The notes under the pieces: model-generated
The model's database searches: none
What the model was told of the DNA's origin: nothing
Seen by the model: only the letters and a program-made list of their open reading frames with translations
Part shown: positions 20,185 to 30,355 of the stretch, in pieces
Numbering within the stretch: position 1 is the stretch's first letter
How the letters are laid out: every line of letters starts with the position of its first letter
Made by a program: the position numbers and the translations under genes
NCBI GenBank assembly: GCA_018819405.1
Contig: JAHJQF010000001.1
Location: 907,377-971,376, forward strand
Direction: 5' to 3'
DNA from: Patescibacteria group bacterium
GTDB taxonomy: Bacteria; Patescibacteriota; Patescibacteriia; UBA1558; GWA2-36-10
Length of the DNA: 64,000 nt

Positions 20185-20755
20185 TTTCTTGGATAATTTG
20201 CTTTAGCTTGTTTAGAGCCCGATGTAGTGTCACCCTGATATTATTTTTGTCTTTCTGCATTACATCAGATATATCATCAATGGAAAGATCTTCTATATAT
20301 CTTAATATCAAGACTTCTTGATATTCAGGTTTTAGCTTGCGAATCTCTTGGAGTAGGACAGCAGCATCAATGGATTTGTCAACTTCAGTGGTGATACTTT
20401 TGCTCATATCAGCTAATTCACTAATATATTCTAGGGGTAATTCTTGACTATTAGATGCTCTATAATGATCAACTACTGAATTACGAGCTATTCTGAATAT
20501 AAAGGCCTGAAAACTTTTGATATTTTTTTTATCTACCAAATGTTGCCAGACTTTAAGGAAAACCTCTTGAGTCAAATCTTCAGCCAACTGTCTATTAGTT
20601 ACCTTTATATAGATAAATCTATATATGTTTTTTACGTATTTATCGTAAAAAAAACCGAAAGCCTCTGAGTCACCAGATTTGAGCCTTAAAAAAGCTATTT
20701 TTTCTTGTAAACTACTACGTAATGTCTTCATAGATATAGACGCAAAAATAGCCAA
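20171..20755 (-). CDS. ECF-family RNA polymerase sigma factor
   Basis: AEDLTQEVFLKVW, FIFRIARNSVVDHYR, region 4 HRAL; real start possibly ATG a few codons in. Confidence 0.92.
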   Translation of the reverse strand: MAIFASISMKTLRSSLQEKIAFLRLKSGDSEAFGFFYDKYVKNIYRFIYIKVTNRQLAEDLTQEVFLKVWQHLVDKKNIKSFQAFIFRIARNSVVDHYRASNSQELPLEYISELADMSKSITTEVDKSIDAAVLLQEIRKLKPEYQEVLILRYIEDLSIDDISDVMQKDKNNIRVTLHRALNKLKQIIQEKNNR

Positions 20756-21010
20756 AATATTACACCAAGCCGAGGCTTGATAATTTTGGATTTTGCTAGC
20801 TTTATTTATTGGCTAATATTAGCAAAAATAAGCTGTAACTTAATAATTATCGCGCTTGATTTTACTTGAGCTTTAGTAAAAATTTAGATCAAATCCCACC
20901 GATTATAACACTTTTTATACCTACTGTAAAGGTATAAAATCAATATATTCAGGCTTTTTCTGATAAAATCATTGACTCTAGATTTTAGTAACTTTTTACT
21001 CTAAAAATAG

Positions 21011-21104
21011 TTATCCACACCTAGTAAAATTGTCTTTCTCCTTACAAGACTACCGACTTATTTATAGTTTTATTTACAGTTTAGATAATCCAAACTTATC
21101 CACA
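21011..21104. promoter_or_regulatory. Two perfect DnaA boxes
   Basis: TTATCCACA at 21011-21019 and 21096-21104 in a divergent AT-rich intergenic region. Confidence 0.55.
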
Positions 21105-21173
21105 TTTTTGATAAAAGGTGTAGAATAGTGTATACTTAAATTGTATTAATAAGCTTATTAATAAGCTAAAGAT

Positions 21174-21485
21174 ATGGAAAATATAATTCGTATATCTGTA
21201 TCTGTGGCCGCCCGACTCTTTGGGGTTTCCTCCAAAACCATCCGACAAACTATCAAAAATGAAGAGCTTCGCTACATTGTAGTCAATGGTCGCTACAAGC
21301 TTAATTTTATTTCTCTGGTAGAATGGTCTCAAAAATCTACCAGACGCAAAAACCAACTAGCCAAAGAAGGTATTGGTCAATATATAGATAAATGGAAAAT
21401 GTCCAATAAAAAATTTAGCCCCAATCCTAAACTGGCTCTGACTAAACAAAATAAAAAAGATAAGCCCGAAAAACTATCGCCCTAG
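21174..21485 (+). CDS. Excisionase-like helix-turn-helix DNA-binding protein
   Basis: ISVSVAARLFGVSSKTIRQTIK HTH. Confidence 0.75.
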   Translation: MENIIRISVSVAARLFGVSSKTIRQTIKNEELRYIVVNGRYKLNFISLVEWSQKSTRRKNQLAKEGIGQYIDKWKMSNKKFSPNPKLALTKQNKKDKPEKLSP

Positions 21486-21512
21486 TACAATTTTTTTGAT
21501 ATAATATTATTT

Positions 21513-22364
21513 ATGGAATGGTTTATATATTCAATTAGCTCAATGCTGCTATTTAGCGGTATGACAGGGCTTTACAAACTCCCTACGTATAAAAATCAAA
21601 GCCGACTAGCTACTACATTTTGGATGATGGGCTTTATTTTTTTATGGGCTATTATGATATTCAATAAATTAGCCTTTAGCGTAAACCCAGAAATTTTATT
21701 TTTTGCTCTACTCTGGGGCTGTAGCTTTGCCACCCTTACTGCAATTCAGATATATCTTTTGTCTCGAATAGAAATAAACACCCTTTTTCCTATAAACACT
21801 ATCCTCAGTATGATTTTTGTAGTTGCCTTTGGACTTTTGGTCTTTGCAGAAAAAATTTCTATACTACAGGGTCTAGGCATTAGTATTGCCATAGTCACTC
21901 TGTATTTTTTCCTATTTAGCAGTAGAGGAGCAAAATATTCCCGAGGAACTCTAAAATTTGGTCTAGTGATGATTTTTCTATCAGTATTTTCCAAGGTAGT
22001 CCAAAAAATTGCCGTAGACCATGTCATTGATATAAAAATTTTGATAATATACCAATTTTTATTTGCCAGTTTATTCTTATTGCTAGCCAATATAATGTAC
22101 CACCGAAAATCTTGGGCAAAAAAAATATTTTCTAGGTCATACAAATCAGGGTTAATGATATCAATACCGGCCTTTTTTGGAAATTGGGCTATTATGCATG
22201 CCTTAGCAAAAGGCCCCTTCACACTAGTATATTCTATACATTCTTTTTATATATTTGGTGGATCAATTATTGGCTATTTCTTTTTTAAAGAAAAACTCAC
22301 CAAATACAAAATAAGTTTATTATTTCTGGCTATTTTAGCAATTATATTTATTAGAATTGGCTAA
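21513..22364 (+). CDS. EamA/DMT family transporter
   Basis: About 10 TM helices in two repeats ending VFAEKIS / FFKEKLT. Confidence 0.75.
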   Translation: MEWFIYSISSMLLFSGMTGLYKLPTYKNQSRLATTFWMMGFIFLWAIMIFNKLAFSVNPEILFFALLWGCSFATLTAIQIYLLSRIEINTLFPINTILSMIFVVAFGLLVFAEKISILQGLGISIAIVTLYFFLFSSRGAKYSRGTLKFGLVMIFLSVFSKVVQKIAVDHVIDIKILIIYQFLFASLFLLLANIMYHRKSWAKKIFSRSYKSGLMISIPAFFGNWAIMHALAKGPFTLVYSIHSFYIFGGSIIGYFFFKEKLTKYKISLLFLAILAIIFIRIG

Positions 22365-22366
22365 AC

Positions 22367-22408
22367 AAAAAACAACCCGACGTATAACCCGTCGGGTTGT
22401 TTTTTTTA
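22367..22408. terminator. Bidirectional terminator
   Basis: AAAAAAACAACCCGACG-TATAACC-CGTCGGGTTGTTTTTTT between convergent genes. Confidence 0.85.
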
Positions 22409-23494
22409 TTATAAACTAAGATTAATATCTATTTCTTGATTATCCCGCAATACTTTAATTATCACCTGATCCCCAGGGCGATAATTTTGTAATATAGAAG
22501 TCAGGCTCCTGGTACTTGTAATAATATCATTATTGACGGCTACTAGCTGATCATTTACTTTTAGACCGGCTTTTTGACCTGGTAGATTATAGGTCAAGGC
22601 AGTTTGCCCAGGATTATATATCAAAACCCCTTTTCTATTAAAACCGCTGTTGTTTTCCATATCCAAATAGCTAATACCCGCTATCACTCTTTCTGTACCA
22701 TTTAGCAAATTTTTGATAGCCTGTTTTAGATATTCGGCTGGAATAAGCAAAGAATCTTCACCTATTTTATATACCAAGCCCAAAAGCTCTCCATTCATAT
22801 TAAAATAAGGTGCCCCCATACTAGCTTTTGAATCAGCTATTTTTAGATAATAATCTATTGAGTCAGTAGACAAGTATTTATTTAAAATAAAATGATTACT
22901 ACTTAAAGTACTGACATAAAAAGCGTGATCAATACTAGTTGGTATATCTATATTACTAAAAAGTGTTTCCCCTACCTTGGCGTCATCTGTAAACTGAAAA
23001 TTGACCGGACTAAGCAGATTGCCATCAATCTTTATAAAAACGACTCCCGAAAATTTATCTTCTTTTAGATCAACAATATCGTAAATCCTATCTCCTAAGA
23101 CCACTTTAGCTTGGCTGTTTTTGACTACTTGGTTGGTAGTCATCAACCAGCCGTCAGAAGTCACCACTATCGCTGAACCCAAAAAATCAGCTTGGGAAAA
23201 AACCGGCTCACCAACAGCGGCAATTGGCTGGACTGCCTTATACACTCCAGCTACGTTGGCTGATTGTTTTTTGGCAAAATTGGTCAACGGTTGCTCCAAA
23301 TTGATTTTTATATCAGTTGGCGTATTTGATGAATTAAAATAATTGACAGAATTTGCTGGTAAAAAATAATTGGCCACCAAATAACCACCAAAACCAGCTA
23401 TTAATCCCACAAAAACTGCCCAAAAAGTCAGATTAAATAAAGATGGCGGACGATTGGTAGTAGGCCTTTCAAAATGCTTTGTTTTCTCTTCCAT
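22409..23494 (-). CDS. HtrA/DegP-like protease-PDZ protein, catalytic residues degenerate
   Basis: GSAIVVTSDGWLMTTNQVV; GAPYFNMNGELLG; PDZ KAGLKVNDQLVAVN. Confidence 0.75.
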   Translation of the reverse strand: MEEKTKHFERPTTNRPPSLFNLTFWAVFVGLIAGFGGYLVANYFLPANSVNYFNSSNTPTDIKINLEQPLTNFAKKQSANVAGVYKAVQPIAAVGEPVFSQADFLGSAIVVTSDGWLMTTNQVVKNSQAKVVLGDRIYDIVDLKEDKFSGVVFIKIDGNLLSPVNFQFTDDAKVGETLFSNIDIPTSIDHAFYVSTLSSNHFILNKYLSTDSIDYYLKIADSKASMGAPYFNMNGELLGLVYKIGEDSLLIPAEYLKQAIKNLLNGTERVIAGISYLDMENNSGFNRKGVLIYNPGQTALTYNLPGQKAGLKVNDQLVAVNNDIITSTRSLTSILQNYRPGDQVIIKVLRDNQEIDINLSL

Positions 23495-23501
23495 ACTTAA
23501 A

Positions 23502-24224
23502 TTATCTTAGCGAAGTAATTAATAAAAGTGTCACTGACAGCATAAATAAGCCCAAATATAGCTTAAAATACTTCAATTGATTGGCTGTGTTATCTATTAT
23601 AAAGAAAAACCACAAAGTTGCAATAGTGCCGGTCACATAAAAACTAAGTGGGGCAAAATATAAAGCAAAGCTCAGCTGAGCTGACAAAAAGGCAGCAAAA
23701 AAAGCATAATACCAATTAAAATCTTCTCTGGTCCTTATAATCTCCAGAGACCAAAAAAATGACGCCAAAAATACAACTACCAAAGCATAAAGAGCTGGAA
23801 AATTTACAAAAATTATCAGCGAATAAAGACTGGCGGACAAAAACCAGAAAGATAAATAATAGAAAAATTTGTTGACAGCTAAATACTCCCTACTTTGTAT
23901 ATCTTTTATATCTCTAAAATATTTTTTTAAAATATGCCACACCAGAAGCCAGGCCGCAGATAAGATAAAAGATAAAACATAACGTAAAGCATCTGAATCT
24001 AAAATAATTAAAAACAAAAACTGAGAAATATAAGCCACCAGTAGATTTAGCCACAACAATTTAAAATTAAAAAATCTAGACCTAGCCAATATACGTCCGA
24101 CAAATAATATAGACAAACATGAAATCGCAACAAACCACCAAATACCATCTTGATTTTTAAAAAACAACCAAAAAGTAAATAAGATTACTAGCGGACTAAA
24201 AAATGGTGCTAAATATCTAAACAT
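23502..24224 (-). CDS. Hypothetical multi-TM membrane protein
   Basis: Long hydrophobic ORF in operon. Confidence 0.7.
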   Translation of the reverse strand: MFRYLAPFFSPLVILFTFWLFFKNQDGIWWFVAISCLSILFVGRILARSRFFNFKLLWLNLLVAYISQFLFLIILDSDALRYVLSFILSAAWLLVWHILKKYFRDIKDIQSREYLAVNKFFYYLSFWFLSASLYSLIIFVNFPALYALVVVFLASFFWSLEIIRTREDFNWYYAFFAAFLSAQLSFALYFAPLSFYVTGTIATLWFFFIIDNTANQLKYFKLYLGLFMLSVTLLLITSLR

Positions 24225-24651
24225 TTGATAAAATATTTCTTAGATTTTCTATTTCTACTGACAACTGTGGCAAAGCAGTTGATATCTCCAATAAATTTTC
24301 TTGCGCCAAAGTCTTCATCTGCACCTGATTAGTCAAAAGATAATTCTCCCAAGCGTCTATAGCCAAAAATAATTTGATATGCACCTGACCGATATCTTTG
24401 TTGTTTGAGCGAAAATCCAAAAGATCCTGCTTGGTCTGAGAAATATTCTCCAAAGATGGATCTTGCGATATTCTGGTCAACCACGGTCTGATATGCTCTG
24501 CATAATCCTCAACTGAAACCAAAGGCGGCAAATTTTCTATTTTATTGTTAAAAACTTGTCCACTTTCGTGCGTAACTAAAACAATAATCAGCCCAGCGGC
24601 CATAAAAAATAAAAATAATATAAAAACTTTTTTTGTTTTTGAAAATTTCAT
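24217..24651 (-). CDS. Hypothetical protein with N-terminal TM
   Basis: ORF overlapping next gene by 8 bp. Confidence 0.65.
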   Translation of the reverse strand: MKFSKTKKVFILFLFFMAAGLIIVLVTHESGQVFNNKIENLPPLVSVEDYAEHIRPWLTRISQDPSLENISQTKQDLLDFRSNNKDIGQVHIKLFLAIDAWENYLLTNQVQMKTLAQENLLEISTALPQLSVEIENLRNILSNV

Positions 24652-24684
24652 AATTTCGTACCCTTATTATACCTTGTCAGGTTT

Positions 24685-25002
24685 TTAAAATAAAGACTCA
24701 TTATTTAGCTTGTCCCAAGACTCTGATGACTCCTGCCACTGGTATATTTCCAAATGAGAAACAAATTCATCTTCAGAATATACATAATCAACTGTAATAG
24801 CTGAACCCGGTCGGTTGGAATAGCTGGTTTTTTTATCCAACACTTTTGGCCGAGTTACAAATTTGACCATCATTTTTCCGCTTGGACCTGAAAATTCAAT
24901 AACCTCTACTGTACCAGGAGCCAAATCCTCCTGATATTCATTTTCAAAACCAAAAGTTTGTCTTATTTGTATTTTTAACTCCTTCCAACGATCTTTGGTC
25001 AT
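24685..25002 (-). CDS. Hypothetical protein
   Basis: 105-aa ORF in operon context. Confidence 0.7.
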   Translation of the reverse strand: MTKDRWKELKIQIRQTFGFENEYQEDLAPGTVEVIEFSGPSGKMMVKFVTRPKVLDKKTSYSNRPGSAITVDYVYSEDEFVSHLEIYQWQESSESWDKLNNESLF

Positions 25003-25008
25003 ATATTT

Positions 25009-25142
25009 ACCCCGTTAAATAATATTAAGCCATTAGCTTAATATTAAATTTAAATTAAACAAATATTTTATTAATATAATTTTTATTTTTTATATATAAA
25101 TACATAATAATATAACTAAAATTTAAATTTATTTAACGGGGT
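25009..25142. mobile_element. MITE-like hairpin element (ACCCCGTTAAATAA ends)
   Basis: Terminal inverted repeats; core similar to 432-572; supplies stop codon of DUF192 gene. Confidence 0.75.
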
Positions 25143-25597
25143 GAAAATTTAATAATATCACCTTTTTTTATTCCTAAAGAATCTATGGTTCCAGCTGGTA
25201 ACTCCATAACCTTGTCTACTTCTAAAACCGGATAATATCTCCTGAGTTCAAAATCATTGGCCACCGCCGGCATATTTTTTTCATAATCTACAATTGTCTG
25301 ATTATCAATCCATAAAAGATCAATATCAAATTTCATGCCTTTCATCCAAAATGCTGGTTTGCTTTTTTCCGGAAAGATAAATAGCATTGCCTGATTGTCG
25401 GCCAAAAAATCACGCCCAGCTAGACCCAATCGGCGACTTTGATTGTCGCTGGCAATCTCCAGATCAAAGGCTTGGCCGGCTATATAAGCTTTGGGCAAAT
25501 TTTCTTCTGACTTATCAGAATCAGACCAATAGTATATACCAACCACAAAAAAGATAAACAAAAACCACAAAATACTAATTTTTTTCATCAGCTCCAT
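25133..25597 (-). CDS. DUF192 family protein
   Basis: GLAGR..L...AMLFIF....FWMKGMKFDIDLLWI...VMELPAG. Confidence 0.88.
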   Translation of the reverse strand: MELMKKISILWFLFIFFVVGIYYWSDSDKSEENLPKAYIAGQAFDLEIASDNQSRRLGLAGRDFLADNQAMLFIFPEKSKPAFWMKGMKFDIDLLWIDNQTIVDYEKNMPAVANDFELRRYYPVLEVDKVMELPAGTIDSLGIKKGDIIKFSPR

Positions 25598-26663
25598 TCA
25601 ATTTATAATTTAACCAGCTTGATAATATAAACATAAGAGCCAATATCATAAACAAAGCTCCTATTTTTGCTTTGGTAGTAAAGACAATTGATATCAAACC
25701 AAAACAGAGACTAACTACTATAAAAAATAAAACTACCTGCTTTTGAGAAAATCCAGATCTAAGTAAACGAAAATGTAAATGATCTTGATCACCCTGCCAA
25801 ATTGCTTGTTTTCTTTTTAGCCTTCTAATAATAACCCAAAAGATATCCAAAACTGGCAAACCCATGACTAAAAGTGCAGTAGCAATTTTGCTGCCCGATA
25901 TTATAGATAAAACTCCCAAAGCAAAGCCTATAAAAGTACTACCGCCTTCCCCCAAAAATATTTTGGCTGGATGCCAATTGAAAATCAAAAATCCAAAAAT
26001 AGATCCGCCCAAAGCCAAAGACAATATAGAAGTAGTAGAGCCGACTACATCCCAAGAAAGACTAACAATAAAAATTACTAAACTGGCTATCAGACCAATA
26101 CTTGACGCCAGACCATCTATACCGTCTAAAAGCTTGGTCGTATAAGTAATACCCAAAAGCCAGATAAATGTCAGAACAATAGGTATAAAATCCAAAGGAA
26201 ATATATACTCCAAATATAAAATCCCACCAGCTGGATTGGTAATATAGGCAATTTTTAAGCCAGCCAGCACTATCAATAAACAAGCCAAAATAGGCCCCAA
26301 AATACTAATATAGGGTGGTAGAGACATCTTATCATCCAAAAAGCCTCCTAGAGCCAAAATAAGGCCTGAAATAAGGAAAATCCAGACTAAATTCATGTCC
26401 ATACGAGGATCTAGAAGCTGGCCTTTTTGCCATAAAATCAAAACAGTCAAAACAAAAGCTATATAAACAGCCATACCTCCCAAAAGAGGTATGGGTTTTT
26501 GATGTATCTTTCTTTCCAAATGTGGCCTATCTAAAATATTAAATCTATTGGCTAAAAATATAAACAGTCTGGAAAATATAAAAGATAGCACAAAAGATAA
26601 AAAGAAAACGAAAAAAAATTTTTCAATATTAACTGGCATTATTTTTGGATAAATAAGTATCAA
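25575..26663 (-). CDS. WecA/TagO-like undecaprenyl-phosphate GlcNAc-1-phosphate transferase (MraY family)
   Basis: PLLGG, GFLDD, LLDGIDGL, FNWHPAKIFLGEGGS, DQDHLH. Confidence 0.9.
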   Translation of the reverse strand: MILIYPKIMPVNIEKFFFVFFLSFVLSFIFSRLFIFLANRFNILDRPHLERKIHQKPIPLLGGMAVYIAFVLTVLILWQKGQLLDPRMDMNLVWIFLISGLILALGGFLDDKMSLPPYISILGPILACLLIVLAGLKIAYITNPAGGILYLEYIFPLDFIPIVLTFIWLLGITYTTKLLDGIDGLASSIGLIASLVIFIVSLSWDVVGSTTSILSLALGGSIFGFLIFNWHPAKIFLGEGGSTFIGFALGVLSIISGSKIATALLVMGLPVLDIFWVIIRRLKRKQAIWQGDQDHLHFRLLRSGFSQKQVVLFFIVVSLCFGLISIVFTTKAKIGALFMILALMFILSSWLNYKLNGADEKN

Positions 26664-27015
26664 GTATAGCTGTAGCCGAATGCTTATCTATATCTTTTTT
26701 GACTCCCATCCTCTCATATAGCTTGGAAGTCATCTGCTCATCAATTGTTTCCACAGGAATATCCAAATCATTTCTTAAAGTATCAACAAAATTTTGAGTA
26801 ATCTCCAATCTGTCGTTGTGCTGCCCCGACAAGCTATGTGGCAAACCAACTACCACTATATCTATATTTTCTGCCTTGATAATATCTTTTATATTTTGCA
26901 AAATATTTTGGCTATTTTCTAGAATCTTAAAAGGCAAGGCTGGCCCCAGCTCATCAGCAAGCGCCAGACCTAATCTCTTATCTCCATAGTCAATGCCCAA
27001 AAGTCTTTTTTGCAT
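26629..27015 (-). CDS. ruvX: Holliday junction resolvase-like RuvX/YqgF
   Basis: LGIDYGDKRLGLA, VVGLP, DEQMTS, DKHSATAIL. Confidence 0.92.
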   Translation of the reverse strand: MQKRLLGIDYGDKRLGLALADELGPALPFKILENSQNILQNIKDIIKAENIDIVVVGLPHSLSGQHNDRLEITQNFVDTLRNDLDIPVETIDEQMTSKLYERMGVKKDIDKHSATAILDTYLSKNNAS

Positions 27016-27019
27016 TATA

Positions 27020-27766
27020 TCATTCGGTAATAATAATAGGCCCGTCTTTGGTCACAGCTACTGTGTGCTCAAAATGGGCAGTCATAGTTTTATCTTTTGA
27101 TACAACATCCCATCTATTTGGGTGAGTAGTAACCTGACCATCTCCTCCCAATATAATCATTGGTTCAATAGCAATGACCAAACCTGCAAACATTTTTTCT
27201 GTTTTTCTACCAGGATTAAAATTGGGAACTGTCGGGTCTTCATGAATCTCACGACCGACACCATGTCCCGCCAAATCTCGCACTATACCATATCCATATG
27301 GCTTTATAAATTTTTCAATCGCTTTACCAATATCGGAAATATAGCCACCTACCTTTACCTGCTCTATACCAATGTCCAGTGCTTTTTTGGTAGCAAATAA
27401 AAGTCTTTCTGATTCCGGACTGACCCTAGCTACTCCGACAGTCAAAGCTGTATCAGTATATAAATTTCTATATTTCATACCAATATCCAAACCTACCAAA
27501 TCTCCTTCTGCAAAAGGTGTGTCATTTGGAATACCGTGGACTACTGTACTGTTTACAGAAACACACAAAGCAGCCGGAAAACCATGATAATTTTTAAAAG
27601 CCGGAATACCACCGGCTTTGTGGATCAAGTCCTCGGCCAGTTTATTCAAATTTTTGCCAGTCTGACCAACTTTAGTTTCTCTGGCCAACTGTCTTAATAT
27701 ATCTCCTAGTATTTTTCCGCCCTGACGAAGAATTTTTATTTCTTCAGGACTTTTCTGATCCAACAT
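27020..27766 (-). CDS. map: Methionine aminopeptidase type I
   Basis: HGIP, GHGVGREIHEDP, AIEPM, AHFEHT. Confidence 0.97.
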   Translation of the reverse strand: MLDQKSPEEIKILRQGGKILGDILRQLARETKVGQTGKNLNKLAEDLIHKAGGIPAFKNYHGFPAALCVSVNSTVVHGIPNDTPFAEGDLVGLDIGMKYRNLYTDTALTVGVARVSPESERLLFATKKALDIGIEQVKVGGYISDIGKAIEKFIKPYGYGIVRDLAGHGVGREIHEDPTVPNFNPGRKTEKMFAGLVIAIEPMIILGGDGQVTTHPNRWDVVSKDKTMTAHFEHTVAVTKDGPIIITE

Positions 27767-28406
27767 ATTTTTTCAAATAGTTTAATATATCTTGAGATAA
27801 CATTTCAATTGGCTTTTCACCATCAAAAACTTTTAGTTTACCTTGTTTGGAATAATAAGCCAAAAGCTGCTCTGTCTGGTCACGATAAATTGCCAATCTT
27901 TTTTTGACTACATCTTCTTTATCATCTTCTCTTTGAAATAATTCTCCCTGACAAATATCACAAATATCACCTTGACTAGAAGGTTTGTATTCAGTATGAA
28001 ATACATGACCTTCACGGCAAATACGCCTGCCCGAAATACGACGGATTGCTTCATTATCGGATATATCAATACTAAAAACCATATCTACACCACAACTATC
28101 ATCCAGAGCTTTGGCTTGAACCAAATTTCTAGGAAAACCATCCAGCAAAAAACCACGTAAACAACTCGGTGCATTAAGCTGACCTAAAACTAGATTGATG
28201 ACATGTTCATCAGGGACCAGGTCTCCTCTGTCCATAATAACTTCTATTTTTTTGCCCATTTCACTACCCTTTTCTACCACATCACGCAAGACCTGACTAG
28301 TTGAAATAGCTGGAACACCCAAAAAATCAGTAATTACTTTGGTTTGGGTGCTTTTTCCGGAAGCCTGAGGACCCATTAAAACTATTTTTTTTAAGTTCTT
28401 TTCCAT
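27744..28406 (-). CDS. adk: Adenylate kinase
   Basis: GPQASGKSTQ P-loop, LDGFPR, zinc lid, QREDD. Confidence 0.96.
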   Translation of the reverse strand: MEKNLKKIVLMGPQASGKSTQTKVITDFLGVPAISTSQVLRDVVEKGSEMGKKIEVIMDRGDLVPDEHVINLVLGQLNAPSCLRGFLLDGFPRNLVQAKALDDSCGVDMVFSIDISDNEAIRRISGRRICREGHVFHTEYKPSSQGDICDICQGELFQREDDKEDVVKKRLAIYRDQTEQLLAYYSKQGKLKVFDGEKPIEMLSQDILNYLKKYVGSEKS

Positions 28407-28476
28407 ATATTTATTTTACCTTTACCAACCAAAATTATAACAAATAAAGGCTTCTAAAGCAAAGTCCTAATAAAAA

Positions 28477-28514
28477 AACAACCTTCGAGGTTAATCTAAC
28501 CTCGAAGGTTGTTT
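28477..28514. repeat. AACCTTCGAGGTT/AACCTCGAAGGTT hairpin (REP-like, likely terminator)
   Basis: Same hairpin recurs at 42026-42060. Confidence 0.75.
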
Positions 28515-28524
28515 TATACTATTT

Positions 28525-29802
28525 TTAAAATCCTTCGTAATCTCTCATTACCAATTGAGCATCAATTTGTTTTACTGTCTCAATAACTACAGCGACTGTA
28601 ATCAACAAGCTAGTGCCGCCGATAGACAAAGTGGCAATGCCGGTCAAAGGTCCGACAATCAAAGGAAGTATAGCTATCAGACCCAAAAATATAGCCCCAG
28701 CCAAAACAATCTTCAACATGACAGAGTTTAAATAATCAGAAGTATAACGTCCTGGACGAATGCCCGGTATAAAACCTCCCTGTTTCTGCAAATTTTCTGC
28801 AATCTGAGTTGGTTTGAATATTACTGAAGTATAAAAGAAAGTAAATAATACAACCATTATAAAATAGAACACTCCATAAAAAAGACCATTGGCAAACAAA
28901 TCTTTTATCCATAGAGAAGAGCTGGCTATCCAAGCAACCTGTGATCTCTCAAAAAATTGAGCAACCATTGGCGGAAATATAATAACTGAAATAGCAAAAA
29001 TGATTGGGATGACTCCGGCTTGGTTTACGCGAAGTGGTAAATGAGTATTTACTCCTCCCACATTTCTCTGACCGACCACGTGTCTAGCATAAGACACTGG
29101 GATATTTCTAGTACCTTCAGTAATAATAACAATAGCGGCAATGGTTATCAAAGAGATAATAACAAAAACCAATAAACTTAATACCATGGTATTGTCAAAG
29201 GCAATAAAAGTATTCCTGATGGACTGCGGTAAGCTACTCACAATACCAGCAAAAATAATCAGTGATATGCCATTACCAATATGACGTTCAGTAATAAGCT
29301 CACCTAACCACATCAAAAATATAGTGCCAGCCGTAATAATAATTATAGTAGTTATCAATTGAAAAGCAGTAATATCTGCCAAAAGTCTGCCCTGAGTCTG
29401 GTTGGAAATAAGTCTAATAAATGAATAACCCTGTATAGCAGCCAAAGGTATAGTAAGCATCCTTGTCCATTGGTTTATTTTTTGTGATCCGGCTTCTCCT
29501 TCTTTTTGGATAGCTTCTAATTTTGGTACAATCATAACCAGAAGCTGAAATATAATTGAGGCCGTAATATAAGGACCAACCCCAAGCATAACTACAGAAA
29601 AATTCTGCATGGCACCGCCTGAAAACAAATCAAGCATACCCAAAACCTGATTGCCCTGGAAATACTGCTCCAAATCACTGGCATTAATACCAGGCACAGG
29701 AATATGAGCAGCAATTCTAAAAACAACCAACAGGGCTAAAACATAAAAAATACTGTTTCTGACATCTTTGGCCTTCCAAATTTGTTGTAGTTTAGCTAAC
29801 AT
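28525..29802 (-). CDS. secY: Preprotein translocase subunit SecY
   Basis: LGVGPYITASII, GNGISLIIF, GGFIPGIRPG, GGTSLLI. Confidence 0.98.
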   Translation of the reverse strand: MLAKLQQIWKAKDVRNSIFYVLALLVVFRIAAHIPVPGINASDLEQYFQGNQVLGMLDLFSGGAMQNFSVVMLGVGPYITASIIFQLLVMIVPKLEAIQKEGEAGSQKINQWTRMLTIPLAAIQGYSFIRLISNQTQGRLLADITAFQLITTIIIITAGTIFLMWLGELITERHIGNGISLIIFAGIVSSLPQSIRNTFIAFDNTMVLSLLVFVIISLITIAAIVIITEGTRNIPVSYARHVVGQRNVGGVNTHLPLRVNQAGVIPIIFAISVIIFPPMVAQFFERSQVAWIASSSLWIKDLFANGLFYGVFYFIMVVLFTFFYTSVIFKPTQIAENLQKQGGFIPGIRPGRYTSDYLNSVMLKIVLAGAIFLGLIAILPLIVGPLTGIATLSIGGTSLLITVAVVIETVKQIDAQLVMRDYEGF

Positions 29803-29808
29803 ATTTTT

Positions 29809-29840
29809 AGTTTAAAGTTTAAAGTTAGAAAGTTTCAAAA
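29809..29840. repeat. AGTTTAA heptamer repeat (single arm)
   Basis: Fills rplO-secY gap; same unit at 32110 and 41896. Confidence 0.65.
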
Positions 29841-30353
29841 TTATTTATTTTTTTCATCTTTAGAGACACCCTCATCTTTTGGCTTTTCAACTTTTGAACT
29901 TTTTAACTTTCCAACTATTATGGCTTTACCGCCGGCTGACTCAATCTTTTCTTTGGCACTTTGAGAAAAAGCATTAGCTTCTACTGTCAAATTTTTGGTG
30001 AGTTTACCAGAAGATAATATTTTAATACCTTTGTCAATATTTTCTACAATTCCGGCTTTTAATATTGCCCTATCGTTGACAGTCTGACCATTTTTGAAAG
30101 CCTTCTCCAAATCACCAATATTTACTGTAGCCATTGATTTGTAGATTGACTTAAATCCACGTACTTTTGGAATACGAAGCAAATAGCTCTTGATACTTCT
30201 ACCAGCTATACCTGCCCTTCCGCCTGAACGCGCCTTTTGGCCTTTCAAACCTTTTCCTGAATAAGTTCCTAAACCAGAAGAATTACCGCGTCCCAGTCTT
30301 CTCTTGGGCTTACGATTGGCTTTTGGTTTTTCTAAATTATGCAGACTCAACAT
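29841..30353 (-). CDS. rplO: 50S ribosomal protein L15
   Basis: RLGRGNSSGLGTYSGKGLKGQKARSG. Confidence 0.97.
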   Translation of the reverse strand: MLSLHNLEKPKANRKPKRRLGRGNSSGLGTYSGKGLKGQKARSGGRAGIAGRSIKSYLLRIPKVRGFKSIYKSMATVNIGDLEKAFKNGQTVNDRAILKAGIVENIDKGIKILSSGKLTKNLTVEANAFSQSAKEKIESAGGKAIIVGKLKSSKVEKPKDEGVSKDEKNK

Positions 30354-30355
30354 AG

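Noticed and set aside
20756-21173. oriC call
   Set aside because: Only two perfect boxes, no dnaA/dnaN nearby and no switch in gene orientation
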